DNA from: an uncultured Holophaga sp.
GTDB lineage: Bacteria; Acidobacteriota; Holophagae; Holophagales; Holophagaceae
NCBI GenBank assembly: GCA_963664825.1
Contig: OY761614.1
Span: forward strand, 1,120,001-1,184,000
Reading direction: 5' to 3'
DNA: 64,000 bases
Shown here: positions 1 to 16,700 of the stretch, in pieces
Numbering within the stretch: position 1 is the first letter of the stretch
How the letters are laid out: every line of letters begins with the position of its first letter
Translations under genes and position numbers: made by a program
Notes under the pieces: generated by a model
Told to the model about the DNA's origin: nothing
Databases searched by the model: none
What the model saw: the letters and a program-made list of their open reading frames with translations, nothing else

Positions 1-382
1 GGAACACCTCGATGAGGCGATCCATGAGGCGATTCAAGGGATGCAAAGCGCCCCGGGCTGGCATGGGCGGCGACAGATCGGGATCCCAGTTTGTGGCCAG
101 GGAGGCCGATTGTTTTTTGGAAGCCTCCAGTTCGGCCTGGCGGGCCTTGAGGCCTTCGTCCCAGCGGTTCTTCAGGCCGTTGATCGCCGCGCCGAGTTCG
201 CGTTTCTGTTCCTTGGGAGCCGCCTTCAGGATTTCCATCATGCGCGCGGCATGACTGCCCTCCCGGCCAATGTAGAGGCCCTTCAGGCGCATGAGGGCAT
301 CGAGGTCGACGCAGGCCACCAGGGCTTGCGGAAAGCACCCTTCGGCCATGAGGATTTCGGGTGGCAGCAGATTCGGTTCCAT
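1..382 (-). CDS. pheS: Phenylalanine--tRNA ligase alpha subunit, N-terminal part (runs off the window)
   Basis: Manual translation from ATG at 382: MEPNLLPPEILMAE...KEQKRELGAAINGLK...RGALHPLNRLMDRLIEVF (PheS coiled coil and GxxHP); follows rplT as in the conserved operon. Not in the ORF track. Confidence 0.9.
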   Translation of the reverse strand, partial: MEPNLLPPEILMAEGCFPQALVACVDLDALMRLKGLYIGREGSHAARMMEILKAAPKEQKRELGAAINGLKNRWDEGLKARQAELEASKKQSASLATNWDPDLSPPMPARGALHPLNRLMDRLIEVF

Positions 383-405
383 GGATTCCCCGCACTCTAA
401 ACAAG

Positions 406-429
406 GAAAGGCCGCTTTCGCGGCCTTTC
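406..429. terminator. Hairpin between rplT and pheS, probable intrinsic terminator
   Basis: GAAAGGCCGC-TTTC-GCGGCCTTTC perfect inverted repeat. Confidence 0.6.
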
Positions 430-449
430 AAGCTTAATCGATTTCGATC

Positions 450-797
450 TCAGCCCTTGGCCACGGCCACGAGCTGGGTAAAGACATCAGGGTTGCGCAC
501 AGCCAAGTCGGCGAGCATCTTGCGGTCCAGGGTCACATTGGCCTTCTTGAGTCCACCCATGAACTTGGAGTAGCTGGTCTGGTTGATTTCGCAGGCCGCG
601 CTGATACGGACGATCCAGAGCCGACGGAAATCACGCTTCCGGGCCTTGCGATCGCGATAGCCATAGCCGAGAGCCTTGGCCACGGCCTCTTTTGCGGAGC
701 GATAGAGGCGGGACTTGGCGCCGTAGAAGCCCTTGGCGAACTTGAGCATCCGCTTGCGGCGCTGAACACGCTTGAATCCGCGTTTGACACGAGTCAT
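450..797 (-). CDS. rplT: 50S ribosomal protein L20
   Basis: MTRVKRG...AKGFYGAKSRLY...RDFRRLWIVRI...LDRKMLADLAV. Confidence 0.98.
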   Translation of the reverse strand: MTRVKRGFKRVQRRKRMLKFAKGFYGAKSRLYRSAKEAVAKALGYGYRDRKARKRDFRRLWIVRISAACEINQTSYSKFMGGLKKANVTLDRKMLADLAVRNPDVFTQLVAVAKG

Positions 798-973
798 GGG
801 ATTTCCTTTCCTTGTGGCAGCTCAGGGAGCTTTGAAGGCCACGTCGGGGGTGGCATCGGCCACCGAGTTTAAACAGTGAAGAAGACCGCCTGAAACCCCG
901 TGAAGTAAGCCCAAACAGGCTCAGCCTGCGCAGGGCGCGGGGTTCGGGGGGGATGAGGCCCCCCGAAATGACA

Positions 974-1171
974 TCAGGCGTAGGGCAACATGGCCCGGAC
1001 GCGCCCGAGATCGGACTTGTCCACCATTCCACCCATGTCCAACTGCCGCTTGCGCTTCGTGGACTTGCTGGTGAGGATGTGACGCTGGTGGGAGCATCCA
1101 CGCTTGAACAGGCCGCTGCCGGTCTTCTTGAAGCGCTTCTGGGCGCCCTTGTGGGTCTTGAGCTTGGGCAT
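974..1171 (-). CDS. rpmI: 50S ribosomal protein L35
   Basis: [20 protein letters not shown]...HILTSKS. Confidence 0.98.
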   Translation of the reverse strand: MPKLKTHKGAQKRFKKTGSGLFKRGCSHQRHILTSKSTKRKRQLDMGGMVDKSDLGRVRAMLPYA

Positions 1172-1180
1172 GACGAACCT

Positions 1181-1759
1181 CTAGCTTGGGTTGGTTTCGA
1201 CGGGACTGCCTTCAGGCTTGGGCGCCTTGGGCTTCTTGATCAACTCCACGGGCTTGGGAGAGATGATGGCGTGCATGTCGCGCCCATCAATACCCGCGGT
1301 CTTTTCAACAACACACTTGTCGGCGACACGGACCAGTACGTCTTCAATGATCCGGAATCCGATATCACGGTGGACGACCTCGCGGCCTCGGAACATCACC
1401 ACCACTTTCACCTTGTCACCTTCCTCCAGGAACCGGAGGATGTGCTTGACCTTGAAATCAAAATCGTGATCGTCGGTGCGAGGCCGGAACTTCACTTCCT
1501 TGAGCACGATGTTCTTCTGCTTTGCACGGGCGGCGTGATCGCGCTTCGCCTCCATGAACTTGTACTTCCCATAATCCATGATCCGGCACACTGGAGGCTT
1601 GGCCGAAGGGGAGACTTCCACCACATCCAGGCCTTTTTCTTCCGCCATCCGCATTGCCTGGGCAGGAGTCATGATCCCCAGCTGGGCTCCGTCTTCGGCG
1701 ATGACCCGGATTTCGAGAGCCCGGATGCCGTCATTGATGTGCGTTTCTGTCGCTCGAAT
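1181..1759 (-). CDS. infC: Translation initiation factor IF-3 (ATT start)
   Basis: Frame extends upstream of the track ORF: GGAGG-ACGGT-ATT then RATETHINDGIRALEIRVI; PPVCRIMDYGKYK and KEVKFRP motifs. Confidence 0.95.
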   Translation of the reverse strand: MRATETHINDGIRALEIRVIAEDGAQLGIMTPAQAMRMAEEKGLDVVEVSPSAKPPVCRIMDYGKYKFMEAKRDHAARAKQKNIVLKEVKFRPRTDDHDFDFKVKHILRFLEEGDKVKVVVMFRGREVVHRDIGFRIIEDVLVRVADKCVVEKTAGIDGRDMHAIISPKPVELIKKPKAPKPEGSPVETNPS

Positions 1760-1818
1760 ACCGTCCTCCGCAAGAACACAAGGATGAAAATGCTACCAGC
1801 TAAACCCGGGAATGCCAA

Positions 1819-3741
1819 TCAAAGATGATCATGGGCCCGGGTCCGGACTTCCTCCAAGACCTGCGTAAAGAAGGCCTCCAGGGACTGACCCCCCAGGTTT
1901 CCCTTCTGGCGATGCCGCACGGAAACCGTGCCCTCGGCGGCCTCACGGTCCCCAACGACGAGCATGTAGGGGATCTTCTGCATCTGGGCATCCCGGATCT
2001 TGGCATTGACCTTCTCGTTCCGCAGATCGATCTCGGCCCGCAGGCCGAGAGCCTGGGCCTTGTCCCGAATCTCGGCAGCGTAGGCCTGAACGCGGTCCGT
2101 GATGGGCAGCACCGTGAGCTGAACGGGGGCAAGCCACACCGGGAAAGCTCCCGCGCAGTGTTCAATGAGGATCCCCATGAAGCGCTCCAGACTGCCCAGG
2201 ATGGCGCGGTGGAGCATGACGGGCGTGCCCTCTGTGTTATCGGCCCGGGTGTAGCGCAGACCGAAGCGTTCGGGCAGGAAGTAGTCCACCTGGAGCGTAC
2301 CGAGTTGCCAGGGGCGCTTGAGCGCATCGAGCACCTGGAATTCGATCTTGGGGCCGTAGAAGGCACCATCGCCTGGGCTCTCCTTGAAATCGATGCCGGC
2401 TTCCCGCAGGCCGTCAGCCAGCGCGTTCTCGGCCAAATCCCAGATATCATCGCTCCCGATCCGCTTCTCCGGGCGCGTCGATAGCATGACCCGCACCTCC
2501 TCGAAGCCGAAGGTGTCGTAGATCTTCATGATGAAGGTGAAGAAGGAGGCCATCTCAGCCTTCATCTGCTCGGGCGCACAGAAGATATGACCGTCGTCCT
2601 GGCAGAAGGTCCGCACTCGCGTCAGGCCCTGGGTCACACCGCTCCGCTCGTAGCGATGCAGGCGGCCGAAATCCGCATAGCGAATGGGGAGGTCCCGGTA
2701 GCTCTGCTTGCCCGCACCGAAGATGAGGCAGTGGGTGGGGCAGTTCATGGGCTTCAGGGCGTACTCCCGCTCCTCCACCTCGGTGAAATACATGTTCTCT
2801 TTGTATTTGTCGTAGTGCCCGGAGGTCTTCCACATGCTCACGTCGAGGGCCTGGGGCGTGATGACCTCGCTGTAGCCTTCCACCCGGTAGTGCTCCCGCA
2901 TGAAATCCACCAGCAGGTTGTAGATGATTGTGCCCTTGGGATGGAAGAAGGGCGAGGCCGGCGCTTCGGGATGGAAGGAGAAGAGGCCCAGTTCCTTGCC
3001 CAGCTTGCGATGATCCCGGGCCTTGGCCTCTTCGAGGCGCCGAAGGTGCTCGTCCAATTCCTTTTGGGTATGGAAGGCCGTCCCATAGATGCGGCAGAGC
3101 TGGGCATTCTTCTCGTTGCCCCGCCAGTAGGCCGCAGCGACGTGGAGCAGTTTGAAGGCCTTCAGTTTGTTTGTGTTCGGAACGTGGGGGCCACGACAGA
3201 GGTCATAGAAATCCCCCTGGCGATAACCTGAAATTTTTTCGTCCGCGGGAATATCCGAGACCAGTTCGACTTTTAGGGGCTCACCCATGGCTTGGAAACG
3301 GGCGATAGCCTCGTCCCGACCCAGGTCTTCCCGGACCACGGCATGGGCCTCCTGGCTGACCTTCCGCATTTCATCTTCGATGGCCACTAGGTCTTCCGGC
3401 GTGAAGAACTTCTCCACCTGGAAATCGTAGTAGAAGCCGTCCTCAATGACGGGACCGATGCCGGCCTTGGCCTCGGGAAACAGGCGTTTCACGGCCTGGG
3501 CCAGGAGGTGGGACGTGGAATGGCGAAGGATCTCCAGGCTATTGGGATCCTTGCTGGTCACCAGGGCCACCTTGACCCCATCAGGAAGGGGGGCGTTCAG
3601 GTCCTGGAGATGACCGTCCACCTTGATGGCCAGGGACGCTTCCAAGAGCCTGGGGCCGATACCCTGGGCTAGGTCCGCGCCGGTGGCGCCGTCACGGAGT
3701 TCGCGGACGGAATCATCGGGAAGGCGGACAGAAATAGGCAT
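1819..3741 (-). CDS. thrS: Threonine--tRNA ligase
   Basis: TGS domain, RHSTSHLLAQA, DLCRGPH, RDHRKLG, KPMNCP, FYGPKI, HRAILGSLERF. Confidence 0.98.
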   Translation of the reverse strand: MPISVRLPDDSVRELRDGATGADLAQGIGPRLLEASLAIKVDGHLQDLNAPLPDGVKVALVTSKDPNSLEILRHSTSHLLAQAVKRLFPEAKAGIGPVIEDGFYYDFQVEKFFTPEDLVAIEDEMRKVSQEAHAVVREDLGRDEAIARFQAMGEPLKVELVSDIPADEKISGYRQGDFYDLCRGPHVPNTNKLKAFKLLHVAAAYWRGNEKNAQLCRIYGTAFHTQKELDEHLRRLEEAKARDHRKLGKELGLFSFHPEAPASPFFHPKGTIIYNLLVDFMREHYRVEGYSEVITPQALDVSMWKTSGHYDKYKENMYFTEVEEREYALKPMNCPTHCLIFGAGKQSYRDLPIRYADFGRLHRYERSGVTQGLTRVRTFCQDDGHIFCAPEQMKAEMASFFTFIMKIYDTFGFEEVRVMLSTRPEKRIGSDDIWDLAENALADGLREAGIDFKESPGDGAFYGPKIEFQVLDALKRPWQLGTLQVDYFLPERFGLRYTRADNTEGTPVMLHRAILGSLERFMGILIEHCAGAFPVWLAPVQLTVLPITDRVQAYAAEIRDKAQALGLRAEIDLRNEKVNAKIRDAQMQKIPYMLVVGDREAAEGTVSVRHRQKGNLGGQSLEAFFTQVLEEVRTRAHDHL

Positions 3742-3811
3742 GGAATCCTCGCGTGGAATTGATCAGTTTACGATAATTTCCCGCGCACGTCAGCCTGCGC
3801 GCAGGTACAGG

Positions 3812-3846
3812 AACGCCCCCAATCTCGTGAGAGGGATGGGGGCGTT
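3812..3846 (-). terminator. Probable rRNA operon terminator hairpin
   Basis: AACGCCCCCA...TGGGGGCGTT inverted repeat just downstream of 5S. Confidence 0.55.
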
Positions 3847-3856
3847 CTAGAAATTA

Positions 3857-3972
3857 ACGTCGCGGCGACCTACTTTTCCACGCTTAAAAACGCAGTATCA
3901 TCGGCCCTCTGGAGCTTAACTGCCGTGTTCGGAATGGGAACGGGTGTGACCTCCAGGGTATAGCCACGACGA
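3857..3972 (-). rRNA. rrf: 5S rRNA
   Basis: Reverse complement contains CACCCGTTCCCATTCCGAACACGGCAGTTAAGC and GATGATACTG; ends approximate. Confidence 0.95.
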
Positions 3973-4101
3973 AGGGTTGGAAGGGTTTTACAAGGCTGGC
4001 GTCTCTGGGGACGCGGACAGTCGGGGTGCTCACCGTGCTGTCCGGGGATTTCGGTCGCTTCGCATTATCCGAAATGCCCACTTCTATGTAATTGATTGAT
4101 G

Positions 4102-7041
<2,940 letters not shown>

Positions 7042-7275
7042 TTCCATCAATGAATTACATCGATCGAAAATCCCTTTCAGAGTCTTGATTTCGGGAAACG
7101 CTCTCGCGCTTCCACAACTTGCCTCGCCTTAAGCCCACCATGCCCTTAAGCACGATGGATCACCCTTCCATTCCACTCTATTCATCTGTCAAAGAATTTT
7201 ACTCGTCAGTCCTTGAACTGAATTCAACAGCCATCGCTGTTCACTTCAATCCAATAACTTCGTTACTCTGAAAAC

Positions 7276-7353
<78 letters not shown>

Positions 7354-7376
7354 TCGTTTCACTCGGGAGGCTTCCG

Positions 7377-7452
7377 TGGTGGACCCGACCGGGTTCGAAC
7401 CGACGACCTCCTGGATGCAAACCAGGCGCTCTCCCAGCTGAGCTACGGGCCC
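7377..7452 (-). tRNA. tRNA-Ala(TGC)
   Basis: GGGCCCGTAGCTCAG...TTTGCAT...GGTTCGAACCC...TCCACCA with G3:U70. Confidence 0.97.
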
Positions 7453-7642
7453 TCACGACTACGTGGATCTCGCCGCAGGCTCCTCTGGAACCTACGAAGT
7501 GGGGACCCACTCGACCCCTTGCACTCGCACCAAAGAACCTCGCAACTCCGAGGCATCTTTGAAAGCCGGATAGATCATTGGGCCTTTTCAGACCCAGCGA
7601 ATGGAAACGTTGACCTTACGTCACTCCGTAGAGTGACTCTCC

Positions 7643-9187
<1,545 letters not shown>

Positions 9188-9425
9188 TAATCTCTTAAGC
9201 TCTCGACCGATTCCTCGATCGCGCTAGTGTTTTTATTGGTCTCCCGCTCACCCGAAGGCTCGCGAGAAGCTCAAAGGCTTCCATTCTTCTCTATCCGGCT
9301 GTCAAAGACGCCCTGAGTCACTTCAACCAAAAACCCTCGAGTCCCTGATTGCTCTGGATCAGCCACCGTTCCCGGACTGCCAACCCCTCGTGTTCCCGGC
9401 ACCGATTGTGCGTGCCGGAAGACTT

Positions 9426-9453
9426 AGATTACACCAGGCAGGGGGGAATGCAA
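9426..9453 (-). promoter_or_regulatory. Putative sigma70 rRNA promoter
   Basis: TTGCAT-16 nt-TAATCT on the minus strand; boxA-like TCTTTGACA near 9300-9308 and again near 7187-7195. Confidence 0.55.
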
Positions 9454-9593
9454 CCAAAAATCTCAGACGAATGGCTCTCCGCCTCGAGTCCTTTCGAATT
9501 ACCTTTGCCATCTTCAATCATATATTCACTTAAAACCCACGTAATTCATTTTCTCCCAGAATCGATTCCAAGGATTACGCGGAGAGGGAGGCC

Positions 9594-10487
9594 ATGAGGG
9601 AATATGGATCCATGCAAAACATCCGAAAAGCCCTCATCCCTGTCGCTGGCTTGGGCACGCGGTTCCTCCCCGCCACCAAGGCTCAACCTAAGGAGATGCT
9701 CCCCCTCGTGGACAAGCCCGTGATCCAACATGTGGTGGAAGAAGCCATCCGGGCTGGTATTCAGAGCATCACCTTGATCACAGGCCGCGGGAAGCAAGCC
9801 ATCGAGAACCACTTCGATGTTGCCTTCGAACTGGAGGACACCCTTCGCCGACGGGGGCGCCAAAAGGATCTGGACCTGGTTCAGACCATCACCCACATGG
9901 CGCAATTCGCCTACGTGCGCCAAGGGGAGCCACTCGGTTTGGGCCATGCCGTGCTCTGCGCTGAACACGCCATTGGCCTGGAGCCCTTCGCCCTGCTCCT
10001 GGGAGATGACGTCTTTGATGAAGAGGCTCCTGCGCTCGAAGCCCTCATCACCGCCTACCAGGCCACCGGGAAGTCCATCGTGGGCGTCCAACGGGTTCCC
10101 CTGGAGCATGTTTCCCGCTATGGCATCGTCAACGAACCCCATCACGAGGCGGAATGGTGGAATGTCTCGACCATCGTGGAAAAGCCTCAACCCGACCAGA
10201 CTCCCAGCCGGTGGGCGGTGGTCGGGCGCTACATCCTGGGGCCGAGGGTCTTCGAACACCTCCATCAAGTTCAGCCGGGCGTCGGAGGCGAATACCAACT
10301 GACCGACGCCCTGGCCATGCTCGCCCAGGAGGGGGAACTGGTGGCCGCCCCCATCCCTGCGCGTCGCTACGACACAGGCAACAAGCTCGACTACCTGAAG
10401 GCCAACGTGGAATTCGCCCTCAAGCGCCAGGACCTCGGGTCGGATTTCCTGGTCTATCTAAAGAAGCTCGTCGCCGAGCGTTCCTAG
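9594..10487 (+). CDS. galU: UTP--glucose-1-phosphate uridylyltransferase
   Basis: RKALIPVAGLGTRFLPATKAQPKEMLP, QGEPLGLGHAV, VEKP, GGEYQLTDA; start may be 9612. Confidence 0.95.
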   Translation: MREYGSMQNIRKALIPVAGLGTRFLPATKAQPKEMLPLVDKPVIQHVVEEAIRAGIQSITLITGRGKQAIENHFDVAFELEDTLRRRGRQKDLDLVQTITHMAQFAYVRQGEPLGLGHAVLCAEHAIGLEPFALLLGDDVFDEEAPALEALITAYQATGKSIVGVQRVPLEHVSRYGIVNEPHHEAEWWNVSTIVEKPQPDQTPSRWAVVGRYILGPRVFEHLHQVQPGVGGEYQLTDALAMLAQEGELVAAPIPARRYDTGNKLDYLKANVEFALKRQDLGSDFLVYLKKLVAERS

Positions 10488-10512
10488 TCCGTCGCGAAAG
10501 AACGACTCGACC

Positions 10513-12393
<1,881 letters not shown>

Positions 12394-12492
12394 CCCGCCT
12401 CCCTTCTCTCGAGTGTAGAGGAAGGAGGACTCCCTGAACGCCGGGATCCATCCCCCCTCGCGCTCCCCCGCGAAAGGGAGGAAACTGAAGCC

Positions 12493-13347
12493 ATGCGAAA
12501 GCGCCTAACCCTCGAAGAACGCCGTGACCGTCGCCGCAGAGCCGTGCGCCGATCCAAGTTCGCCCTGCCCTCCATCGTCACGATGATATCCGTCCTCTGC
12601 GGCTTCTCCAGCGTCGTGATGTCCATCAACGCCGCGGGAGACAACCCCCAGGGATATTTCCTATGGGCCGCGGGTCTCCTGGTGCTGGCCGGAGTCTTCG
12701 ATGGCCTGGATGGCCGCATCGCCCGGGCCACCAATACCGCCACGGATTTCGGAGTCCAACTGGACTCCCTCGCCGATGTGCTCAGCTTCGGCATGGCGCC
12801 GGCCATCCTCGCCTATCGATACGGGTTCTTCACCCTGGGTTTGGCCGATCACCGGCTGCGGGCCATCGGATGGGCGGCCACCTTCTTCTTCATCGCCTGC
12901 GGGGCCCTGCGCCTGGCGCGTTTCAACGTCCAGGTGGGCGCGGTGGATTCCCGGTTTTTCGTGGGCATGCCCATCCCCGCCGGAGCGGCCTGCGTGGCTG
13001 CCGTCATCCTGGCCTGGCCCACCCCGCCCGCGACCCCCTTCCACGCCTACCTCTTCGCCTTCGAGCTCTTCACCGTGGGCCTCCTGATGGTCTCTGCCCT
13101 GCGCTTCCCCAATTTCAAGAAGGTCTCGCCCAAGCCCTGGGTGCGCCGCTGGATGACCATTGGCTTCATCGGCTTGCTCTGCCTGCTGATCATCTTCCCC
13201 AGGGATTTCTTCCTGGCCTTCTTCGCCGTGTACACCTTCCTGGGACTGGCGTTGAACCTGGCGTGGCTCCTGGGTTGGCGGGGCGTACAGCCCCCCCAAA
13301 GGATCTTCCCCTCGGTGGAAGTGGAAGACGACGAGACCATCCAGTAG
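12493..13347 (+). CDS. pssA: CDP-diacylglycerol--serine O-phosphatidyltransferase (CDP-alcohol phosphotransferase family)
   Basis: FDGLDGRIARATNTATDFGVQLDSLADVLSFG, LRLARFNV, FFVGMPIP; likely start ATG 12493 inside the long track ORF. Confidence 0.88.
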   Translation: MRKRLTLEERRDRRRRAVRRSKFALPSIVTMISVLCGFSSVVMSINAAGDNPQGYFLWAAGLLVLAGVFDGLDGRIARATNTATDFGVQLDSLADVLSFGMAPAILAYRYGFFTLGLADHRLRAIGWAATFFFIACGALRLARFNVQVGAVDSRFFVGMPIPAGAACVAAVILAWPTPPATPFHAYLFAFELFTVGLLMVSALRFPNFKKVSPKPWVRRWMTIGFIGLLCLLIIFPRDFFLAFFAVYTFLGLALNLAWLLGWRGVQPPQRIFPSVEVEDDETIQ

Positions 13348-13474
13348 GAGTGAAGCCATTCCAAAATCCCGGTCCAGGTCTATCGCTGAGGGACGATTCG
13401 AGAAATTCCGCAGACGGGGCCCCAGGGCCCCGTCTGCATAGAGGAAACAGGAGGCTGAAATCCAAGGAGGACCC

Positions 13475-13759
13475 TCAGGGGACCCCACAGGCACCCTGGG
13501 AAGGCACGCCCAGCCAAGCCAGGAGCCTCGACATCAGACACCAGTTGGTGAACCCGCTCTGCAGCAGATTGGCCCCCACGAAGACCGTGAGCCAGAGCCA
13601 GTTTGGATTGTGCCATTGGGCGAGGGCCAGGCTGGCGAGAATCAGGGTTCCAGCGACCGAGTGGACGATGCGATCGACGTGCACGCGGGACTTCCGTGGC
13701 CCGCGCAATGCGGGCGTTGCCTGCGGCAACGTGGCACTTCGCTCCTGCTTTGCGCTCAT
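13475..13759 (-). CDS. DUF2892/YgaP-like small membrane protein
   Basis: VDRIVHSVAG...WLWLTVFVGANLLQSGFTNWC, two TM helices. Confidence 0.85.
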   Translation of the reverse strand: MSAKQERSATLPQATPALRGPRKSRVHVDRIVHSVAGTLILASLALAQWHNPNWLWLTVFVGANLLQSGFTNWCLMSRLLAWLGVPSQGACGVP

Positions 13760-16700
13760 AGGGATCTCCTCTGGTTGATCTGTCCCTGCCTCTGCAGGAG
13801 CGCCGCCCGCCCCCTGCCGGCGACCAGGAAGTAGAGGACGGGCACGGCCATCCTCGAGAGCAGCGTGGCGGCCACTTCCCCCGCCATCAAACTGATGGCG
13901 AGGCCCTGAAAGATGGGATCGGCCAACATGACGGCGCTGCCCACCATGACGGCAGCGGCCGTGAGGAGCATGGGGCGGAAGCGCACGACGCCGGCCTCTT
14001 CCACCGCGCTCTCCAGCGCCATGCCCTCCTTCAGCTTCAGCTCGATGAAATCCACTAGGATGATGCTATTGCGCACGATGATGCCGGCGCCTGCGATGAA
14101 GCCGATCATGCTGGTGGCCGTGAAGAAGGCGCCGAAGAGGCCATGGGCGGGGATGATGCCGATGAGCGAAAGGGGAATGGGCACTAGTATCACTAAAGGA
14201 ACTTCGAAGCTCTCGAACCAGCCCACCACCAGGATGTAGATGAGGATCAGCACGGCGGCAAAGGCCAGCCCGAGATCCCGGAAGACCTCCAGCGTGATGT
14301 GCCACTCGCCGTCCCACTTCATCACCAGGTTTTCCGTATTCTCCGGGTGGGCCAAGCCCAGACGGGCCACGGGCTGACCGGCTGTGCCCTTGAGGGCGTC
14401 GATCTTCTTGTTCAGGGCCGAGAGCGCATAGACGGGACTCTCGATGACCCCCGCCAGATCGCCGAAGACGTAAGCCACAGGCATCAGGTTCTTGTGGAAG
14501 ATGGGCGAGTTCTCTCGGCCCTCCTGGACGCGCACCAGTTCGGAAAGGGGCACGGGACCGCGCATTCCGGGCACCGTCATCTGGAGCATCTGGTCCAGGC
14601 GCTGGCGCTGGAAGCTCGCGAGCTGAACAATCACGGGCACCTGCGTGCTGCCACGCTGCACGTGGAAGCTGCCGAGACTTTGGCCGTTGCCCGCCATGTA
14701 CAGGGTCTGGATGACACTGGCTGGAGCCACGCCATGGAGGGCGGCCTTTTCCCTGTCGAGAACGAGACTGATCTTGGGGCTTGTGGAATTGAGTGTGGAG
14801 TCGATATCCACCACGCCCTCCACGCTGCGAAAGGCCTGCTCCACCTCACCGGCAAAGCGCCCTCGCTCTTGTTCCGTGGGACCGTACACCTCGGCCACCA
14901 GCGTATCCATGACGGGTGGCCCCGGCGGAATTTCGACAATCTTGACTCGGGCCCTCCGTGGCCCTCGCCCTTCGGGCCGACCTTCGGTCGGTCCTAATGG
15001 CCAATCCGGGCCATTGGTGATCCGTGCTTCGGCTTCACTCAAAATGTGTTCCAACACAGGGCGCAGGCGCACGGCGATGGCGTGGCTCTGCTCCTTGCGG
15101 TCCCCCTTGCCCACCAGGTTCACCTGGATATCGACCATCTGGGCCTCCCGGCGCATGAAGCTATGGCGCACCATCCCCACAAAGGTGAAGGGCGCGGCCT
15201 CGCCCGCATAGACCTGCACATCGCGGACGACCTCCTCCTGCAAGAGCCTCCGGGCGATGTCCTGGCCCAGGGCCAGGGCGTCTTCCTGGGGGGTTCCCGC
15301 GGGCAGATCGAGCTGCACCATGAACTCCGATTTGTTATCGAAGGGCAGCATCTTCACCTTCACGGTGCCCGTGCCCACCAGGGCCATGACCGAGGCCAGC
15401 AGTATCAGGACCCCAGCGAAGAATCCCCAGCGGACTCTTGGGCTCCCCAGCAGGGCCCGCATGGCGCGCCGGTAGAGCCGTGTGCTCCAGGTATCGGGCA
15501 CCACCTCGGGATCGTGGTCCTGGAGGGGCTCGGCCGAAACGCTTTCATCGCTGGCGGGATGGAGGCCAGCCTCGTCCGTCTCGGGCAGGTGGGCTTCCTT
15601 CTTGAACACCTTCAAGGCCGCCCAGGGGCTGATGACGAAGGCGATGACCAGGCTGAACACCATGGCCAGGCTGGCCCCGATGGGGATGGGCCGCATGTAG
15701 GGCCCCATGAGCCCCCGCACGAAGGCCATGGGCAGGATGGCCGCGATGACGGCAAAGGTGGCGAGGATCGTGGGATTGCCCACCTCGTCCACGGCCTCGA
15801 TGACCACCTGGGAGAACCTCTTGCGTGGCGACCGGGACGGCGAGGAAGGGCTTCGCCCGCCCGAGCCGTGGGGGCCGAGGGGGGACGCAGACCCCGTGAG
15901 GGCGGGCGGTCCCCCCCAGTTGGCATCAAGATGCATATGGCGGTGAATGTTCTCCACCACCACGATGGCGTCGTCCACCAGGATGCCGATGGAAAAGATC
16001 AGCGCAAAGAGGGTGACGCGGTTCAGGGTGTAACCGAAGAGGTAGGTGATGAGCAGCGTCAGGGCCAGGGTCACGGGCACGGCCACGCCCACCACCACCG
16101 CCGATCTCCAACCCATGGCCAGCAGGATGAGGGTGATGACACTGAGGGTGGCGATGAGGAGATGCTCGATGAGCTCGTTGCTCTTGTCCCCGGCCGTCTC
16201 GCCATAATTGCGCGTCACGGTCACGTTCAGGTCCCGCGGGATGAGGCTACCCCGCAGGGCCTCGACCTTTCGCAGCACCCCGTGGGCCAGTTCCGTGGCA
16301 TTGGAGCCCGCGCGCTTGGAGAGCGTCACGGTCACGGCGGAATCGAAGCCGCCACTCCTGGTCCCGTAGAGCACGATGGGAGGATTGGGTTCCGGACCAT
16401 CCCACACCCGGGCCACATCGCCCAGGTAGATCGGACGGCCATTCTTCACGGAGACCACCAGGCGATTCAGCTCGGAGGCTTCCAATACGAAGCCCGAGGC
16501 CTCCAGCACCGTGCGTTTGTTGCGATCCACCAGGCTGCCTGCGGGAAGCTGGCTCTCGGCACTCTGGAGGGCAGGCTGCAGTTCCCCCAGGCTCAGGCCG
16601 TAGGCGCGGAGCTTCTCGGGATCGGGTTCGATGCGCACCATGCGCTTGGCGCCGCCAATCACCTTGGCCTGGGCCGTGTTGGGCACGGTGCCCAGCTCCC

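Noticed and set aside
3742..3811. Possible T-box or leader upstream of thrS
   Set aside because: Only about 70 nt between the rRNA terminator and the start codon, and no T-box consensus is visible.
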